Made by a program: the position numbers and the translations under genes. The notes beneath the pieces were generated by a model. The model saw nothing but the letters and a program-made list of their open reading frames with translations. It was not told the origin of the DNA and did not search any database. Of a stretch of 40,833 nt of DNA, positions 36,617-40,833 are shown piece after piece. Source of the DNA: a virus (Duplodnaviria > Heunggongvirae > Uroviricota > Caudoviricetes); IMG/VR virus record IMGVR_UViG_3300007609_001205, positions 1 through 40,833 of that record; one strand, 5' to 3'. The stretch's first letter is position 1, and each line of letters opens with the position of its first letter.

Positions 36617-37322
36617 TAAAGAAGAAGATAGCCAAACTGTAGTTCTATCCGAACAAGATGCACAAGAAGAACTTATAAAAATGGGATTCCCGACATTCAT
36701 AAAAGAATATGACATAGATGATCAATTCATAAAAGACAATGTGGCATTAATCAACCCAAGTGATGTTTGGTTAGCAATCATAGAAGGCCTCCCAATTACT
36801 CAAGACCTTCTCGAATTCTTCTTAGATAAGAAAGTAATCAAAAAAGAATGCATAAGTGACCTCTCTATGTCGATATACTCTAAATTGGGTGATGGATTCA
36901 TCGATAAGTATAAAGAATACATAAATTGGACAAAGATGGTAACATATTTAGCATCTATTGAAAAATTGGACATTGAAAACTACTATGATATAATAGAAGA
37001 AAAGGGACTGTGGAATATAATATCATCAACTGAATTGCCTATTGATTTCATAAGAGAACACAAAGGTAAATTAAAATGGAATGTGTTACTGGCAACAAAC
37101 CACTTCACCGAAGAAGAATTGGAAGAATTCAGTGATCATATACCAAACAATACATATACAGGAAACCAAACAGTTGGAAGTTTCGACACTGAACTTTTCA
37201 AAGAAGAGTTGAAAAATAAAGGTATAAACATATATATGGGTGATTACACAGATGAAAAGACTGAACAACTTACACCAGATGAAATATCAAAGATAAAGAA
37301 TATGTTAAAAGTATTGAAATGA
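36594..37322 (+). CDS. Hypothetical protein with Trp-containing helical repeats
   Basis: FIDKYKEYINW, GLWNIIS and FIREHKGKLKW repeats. Confidence 0.65.
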   Translation: MKKLIINNKEEDSQTVVLSEQDAQEELIKMGFPTFIKEYDIDDQFIKDNVALINPSDVWLAIIEGLPITQDLLEFFLDKKVIKKECISDLSMSIYSKLGDGFIDKYKEYINWTKMVTYLASIEKLDIENYYDIIEEKGLWNIISSTELPIDFIREHKGKLKWNVLLATNHFTEEELEEFSDHIPNNTYTGNQTVGSFDTELFKEELKNKGINIYMGDYTDEKTEQLTPDEISKIKNMLKVLK

Positions 37323-37762
37323 CATCAAAAATCAAAGTAGATAGACACATACGTGAGTTCGAAAAAATGCTAGACATCTATTCATCCTACAAAGGTTGTC
37401 TAAGAACACTTAAATTAAACTCCATACTTGGCAAAAAATCTAAATTCACCATAGAGGAGATGAACCCAAGAATGACCATTGATCTGAATAATAGTAATGG
37501 TAATTCCATATTAACCTCATCCGATTACCAAACATCTTCCGTATTCACAATAAAAAACTTATCATTTATTATCAGTGATGACCTATATGTTGATGAAATT
37601 GAGTTAAAATATGACATTATTAATAAAGAATTATTAAACAGAGTCATCGAAAATTCAAATGACATTAAAATATCTCTTAAAGTATCATATAATGGTCTAA
37701 CCAAAGAACAACAAGTTGCAGGGTTTTACCTTGAGTTGAGTGATTTGATTCTCAACGATTAA
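37319..37762 (+). CDS. Hypothetical protein
   Basis: 147 aa; ATGA-coupled; stop overlaps the convergent portal stop. Confidence 0.65.
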   Translation: MTSKIKVDRHIREFEKMLDIYSSYKGCLRTLKLNSILGKKSKFTIEEMNPRMTIDLNNSNGNSILTSSDYQTSSVFTIKNLSFIISDDLYVDEIELKYDIINKELLNRVIENSNDIKISLKVSYNGLTKEQQVAGFYLELSDLILND

Positions 37763-39492
37763 AATTCAAATTCATCACCGCCACCGACACCACCTTCATC
37801 TGGACCACCTTCATCACCACCAATATCTGGACCACCTTCATCACCACCACCGAAGTCGTCACCGCCACCAAAGTCGTCACCGCCACCAAAGTCGTCACCG
37901 CCACCAAAGTCGCCGCCACCGCCACCGCCACCGGCACCGGCACCACCCTCCATACCTTCAGCACTACCGGCACCATTAGGATCTCTTTCCCAATACCGTC
38001 TATTTTCTTCTTTGTCCTCAGGAGATAATTTAAGAATGTGATCGACTAGATAATCAATGTGAAAATATGGACTACCATCGGGTTTAACAACACCCGTCAT
38101 TGTTTGAAGTATCTCAGCCTTTTTTGCAAGGTTACCCAATTTTTTCCACTCCTCAAATAATTGATTCGATAAGAAATCGATATCCATCTGATTCATGATC
38201 TTTTGGTCTTCTTTCAATTCAGGGAACTCAACCAACATCTGCAGTTTCAATGGTTTAACAATAAGTTCTTTGAAGATTGCTCTTTGTCTTTGTATGAAAC
38301 TAGAAAATTCTGCCTCATCTCTTGTTATCTCAGCAGCATCAGTGAATACATTACCACCACCATTCTCATCTTGAAAACGCAACATAGGAATCTTAGAAGC
38401 CCTTTTCAATATGTTAAAGAACCATTTAAGTATATTATCCTCATTCAAATCATGACCTTGTGGTGATACAATCTCCATACTCGGCTGACCAGCATCCCCC
38501 TCAGGAAACCAAAACTGCTTATTATATGGTAAATGTTTATGCCCATTTATACTCAATGTACCCATAGAATCATCCCACTCTACCTCTTCTGAATAATCTT
38601 GTATCAGTTGTCCAATTTGTTCTTCGGCTCTCTGACGACCCAGGCCCTTTGTTGGGATAACAAATTTCTGATAAAGTGTTGCATTTATCATATTGAACAT
38701 TATCTTGGTCTGTTCAATAATCTTCAATTGGTTATATGGCTTTATAAGACCTTCAACATAAGAAGTTTCTGAATAATCATTCTGTGATGAATATGAAATA
38801 AATACCATCTGAGAATCTAAGAAAATTCTTCTCAATTGTGGATCTTCCGGATACTGTATCCACAAATGACCAATATTTGGTTCATATGCAGGTACAATTG
38901 TCTGTGGTTCAAGTCTATTGAAACTTATAATATTCTTGTTCTTATCATCCCAAACAATCTCCATTGCAATGTGTCCATCTATAAGGAAATCTCTCATTAA
39001 GTTCCAAGCAGATATCGAGTCAGAGAACCCATAAGTGTTATAAATCGTATCAAAATATTCCAAATACTTATCTCTTACCTCTTGTGGGTAATCATTGGAT
39101 ATATGTGAAGCATTACAGAAATCCTTATCTGAATAAACAATTGCCTCATCACATACTGTTGAAACGAAATCACGAATCTCATCTTTAATAGAATATTCTC
39201 TGAGAATCCTTCTCTTATCTGCATAACTTCTATCAAGGTATGGTATTGACTTCTGTGATAAAACACTGGCAACTGCCTTCCTCGAAAAGAAATCATACAT
39301 TGAATTACCTTCAACTGAATGTGGGTCTTCATTGATATTCACACCAACTGTGTTACGCATGATCATATCATCATAATTCATACCCCAATTGGAAAGGTTT
39401 CTCAATATTCTTGAAAATAAACCTCGGTTCTCCACTGCCGAGTTCGCAAAAGAAAATTGATCTTGATTATTATTCGGATTATAACTAGCCAT
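37759..39492 (-). CDS. gp20: Portal protein (T4 gp20-like)
   Basis: EI.D.V..VCDEAIV, RDFLIDG, KPYNQLKIIE, FWFPEGDAG, F...L.RASKIP..R, EITRDE..F..FI.R motifs; start MASYNP (ATG 39492). Confidence 0.92.
   Translation of the reverse strand: MASYNPNNNQDQFSFANSAVENRGLFSRILRNLSNWGMNYDDMIMRNTVGVNINEDPHSVEGNSMYDFFSRKAVASVLSQKSIPYLDRSYADKRRILREYSIKDEIRDFVSTVCDEAIVYSDKDFCNASHISNDYPQEVRDKYLEYFDTIYNTYGFSDSISAWNLMRDFLIDGHIAMEIVWDDKNKNIISFNRLEPQTIVPAYEPNIGHLWIQYPEDPQLRRIFLDSQMVFISYSSQNDYSETSYVEGLIKPYNQLKIIEQTKIMFNMINATLYQKFVIPTKGLGRQRAEEQIGQLIQDYSEEVEWDDSMGTLSINGHKHLPYNKQFWFPEGDAGQPSMEIVSPQGHDLNEDNILKWFFNILKRASKIPMLRFQDENGGGNVFTDAAEITRDEAEFSSFIQRQRAIFKELIVKPLKLQMLVEFPELKEDQKIMNQMDIDFLSNQLFEEWKKLGNLAKKAEILQTMTGVVKPDGSPYFHIDYLVDHILKLSPEDKEENRRYWERDPNGAGSAEGMEGGAGAGGGGGGGDFGGGDDFGGGDDFGGGDDFGGGDEGGPDIGGDEGGPDEGGVGGGDEFEF
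37853..37906 (-). repeat. 3 perfect 18-nt copies encoding GGGDDF in the Gly/Asp-rich portal tail
   Basis: Plus strand AAGTCGTCACCGCCACCA x3, plus a partial fourth copy. Confidence 0.9.
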
Positions 39493-39496
39493 AATA

Positions 39497-39631
39497 TTAC
39501 TTCTTTTTTTTATCCAAGTATATATACCTACCTGATGGCGTTTTTTCAACGTTGATCAAACCCTTCTTTACCCAATTGGATAAAGTTCTTCTTGTAATAT
39601 TGTATTTTTCCATTACTTCTTTAGCTTTCAT
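39497..39631 (-). CDS. 44-aa MerR/excisionase-type helix-turn-helix protein (absent from the ORF track)
   Basis: MKAKEVMEKYNITRRTLSNWVKKGLINVEKTPSGRYIYLDKKKK*; TTAATATATA 6 nt upstream; stop 4 nt before the portal ATG. Confidence 0.8.
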   Translation of the reverse strand: MKAKEVMEKYNITRRTLSNWVKKGLINVEKTPSGRYIYLDKKKK

Positions 39632-39637
39632 CAATCC

Positions 39638-39647
39638 TATATATTAA
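39638..39647 (-). promoter_or_regulatory. TTAATATATA putative late promoter for the HTH-portal unit
   Basis: Exact motif 6 nt upstream of ATG 39631. Confidence 0.55.
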
Positions 39648-39678
39648 AAGTGGGTTTCCTCTTTTTCTATATTTTTCA

Positions 39679-40119
39679 TCATATATCCCTTTTCCTTATT
39701 CTACTCACACTCCCAACCAATCTATATACGTAATCATCAGGTAACCACTTTTGTAAAAATGCCCGATTTACCCTGGATCTTTTATTTGACACTTTATGGT
39801 CCATCGGTTCTTCATTTGTTGGTATGTGTTCGATAGACATGAATGAAACATCCCTTTCTTTCAAAAATTCAACTGTTATCTCAGATATGGTTGCAAGAAC
39901 ATTATAAACATCGTTATTACCAACCATTTCATAATTACCATCAATGGTTATAAAATTTCTGTGCCAAGTTTCTCTAATATACATGAATTCAACTTTATAG
40001 ACAATATCATTCTTTGTTGTGAATGTATATTCAACATATCTTAACCCATCCTTGACCAATACATATGGGTAAATTGTATAATCTGTGAAAAGTTCGTTTA
40101 TGGTCTTTATATACTTCAT
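39679..40119 (-). CDS. Hypothetical protein with MKYIKTINE leader
   Basis: Likely start ATG 40119, downstream of GTAATATATA. Confidence 0.7.
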   Translation of the reverse strand: MKYIKTINELFTDYTIYPYVLVKDGLRYVEYTFTTKNDIVYKVEFMYIRETWHRNFITIDGNYEMVGNNDVYNVLATISEITVEFLKERDVSFMSIEHIPTNEEPMDHKVSNKRSRVNRAFLQKWLPDDYVYRLVGSVSRIRKRDI

Positions 40120-40135
40120 ATACATATATATATTA

Positions 40136-40831
40136 CTATGGGCGACCATATTTGGAATAACTTTTCTGTAACCTCTTTATATGACCACCCAATGCATCAT
40201 ATTTTTCATTTATACCATTCTCAATATCATAGAAATCACTTAGAACAGTTTGTATGATCTCACGATGCCTCTGTTCCTTTGTCTCTATTTTCTTCTTCCA
40301 AGTATCCATCAACTTATTTGGGTCATATTTATTCGTAGGGAACGAAGAATACAAGAACCTTGGAAGAATTTCAAGGTTAATCCGGTGAATACGGTCAATC
40401 TGTGCAACATTATACTCCTGTATCGAATATTCGAAACCTATCTTCAATAATTCAGAATACATGCCTCTGAAATTCACCTTTATTATTTCGTTTTCTTCAA
40501 TATTCTTTTCCGTTATGAATGGGTCAAATATCTTAGGTCTTAACTCCAATGGGATGAAATTAAAATTCACACCCATTATTATTATCATATTACCCATCTT
40601 TCTATAATCACAGCAGAATATTGGTGAATACCTCATCCAATTAGAATCATCCCTATAAACAAGATGGTAGAAACCACCGACCGTGATATCTTCTTTATTA
40701 ACACTCTCACACTCATTGGTAGATTTCCCATATAGATCATACATATACTCAGTATTGTTCTTGTAGTAATCCACAATATCAGTACCGAACACCTTTTGAC
40801 TCAATTTAACTCTTTCCATAAGAGGTCCCAT
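40136..40831 (-). CDS. DNA end protector protein (T4 gp2-like); start may lie beyond the window
   Basis: G.FY...Y...P.F and GVNFNFIPLELR resemble gp2 G.N.HY.P..R; located in the head module. Confidence 0.6.
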   Translation of the reverse strand: MGPLMERVKLSQKVFGTDIVDYYKNNTEYMYDLYGKSTNECESVNKEDITVGGFYHLVYRDDSNWMRYSPIFCCDYRKMGNMIIIMGVNFNFIPLELRPKIFDPFITEKNIEENEIIKVNFRGMYSELLKIGFEYSIQEYNVAQIDRIHRINLEILPRFLYSSFPTNKYDPNKLMDTWKKKIETKEQRHREIIQTVLSDFYDIENGINEKYDALGGHIKRLQKSYSKYGRP

Positions 40832-40833
40832 AT

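Noticed and set aside
37752-37976. Val/Thr-rich 74-aa alternative-frame ORF, plus similar shadow ORFs (32773..33153, 32830..33174, 174..839, 32283..32744)
   Set aside because: They are frame-shifted or antisense shadows of repetitive coding sequence in well-supported genes.
1-40833. Stop-codon reassignment (TAG or TGA read as sense), prompted by the stops at 947-970
   Set aside because: Long conserved genes (MCP, portal, protease, polymerase) are intact in code 11. TGA ends several ATGA-coupled genes, and TAG ends ORFs at plausible C-termini (15966, 18645, 40136).

Overview
AT-rich, densely coding segment of a large T4-like (myovirus/jumbo-type) dsDNA phage genome, read in standard code 11. 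The host is probably a Bacteroidota member: TAnnTTTG promoters, A-rich leaders with no evident Shine-Dalgarno motif, DUF285 and DUF6576-like modules. The right third holds the head module on the minus strand: gp2-like end protector, a 44-aa MerR-type HTH missed by the ORF track, gp20 portal, a fused gp21 protease-scaffold with 11 x 14-aa repeats, gp23 major capsid protein with its terminator, and a free-standing endonuclease. A plus-strand block carrying only the C-terminal half of a family B DNA polymerase interrupts this module. The middle holds tail/fibre-like genes, a baseplate-hub-like gene, an orphan DNA methyltransferase, NADAR, and a complete tmRNA with an unusual 30-aa tag. The tmRNA sits beside an AAA+ ATPase, an S4-like/ValRS-arm protein and an NFACT-R-like/M28 peptidase fusion. 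The left part holds GreA, two Nudix hydrolases, a Pol-beta-type nucleotidyltransferase, a RuvC-like nuclease, and ankyrin and ferritin-like proteins. About a dozen unrelated proteins share a short N-terminal basic/aromatic...Glu leader that resembles a head-packaging/prohead-protease signal, and a TTAATATATA motif precedes many genes. All family assignments come from motif recognition by eye; no database search was run.
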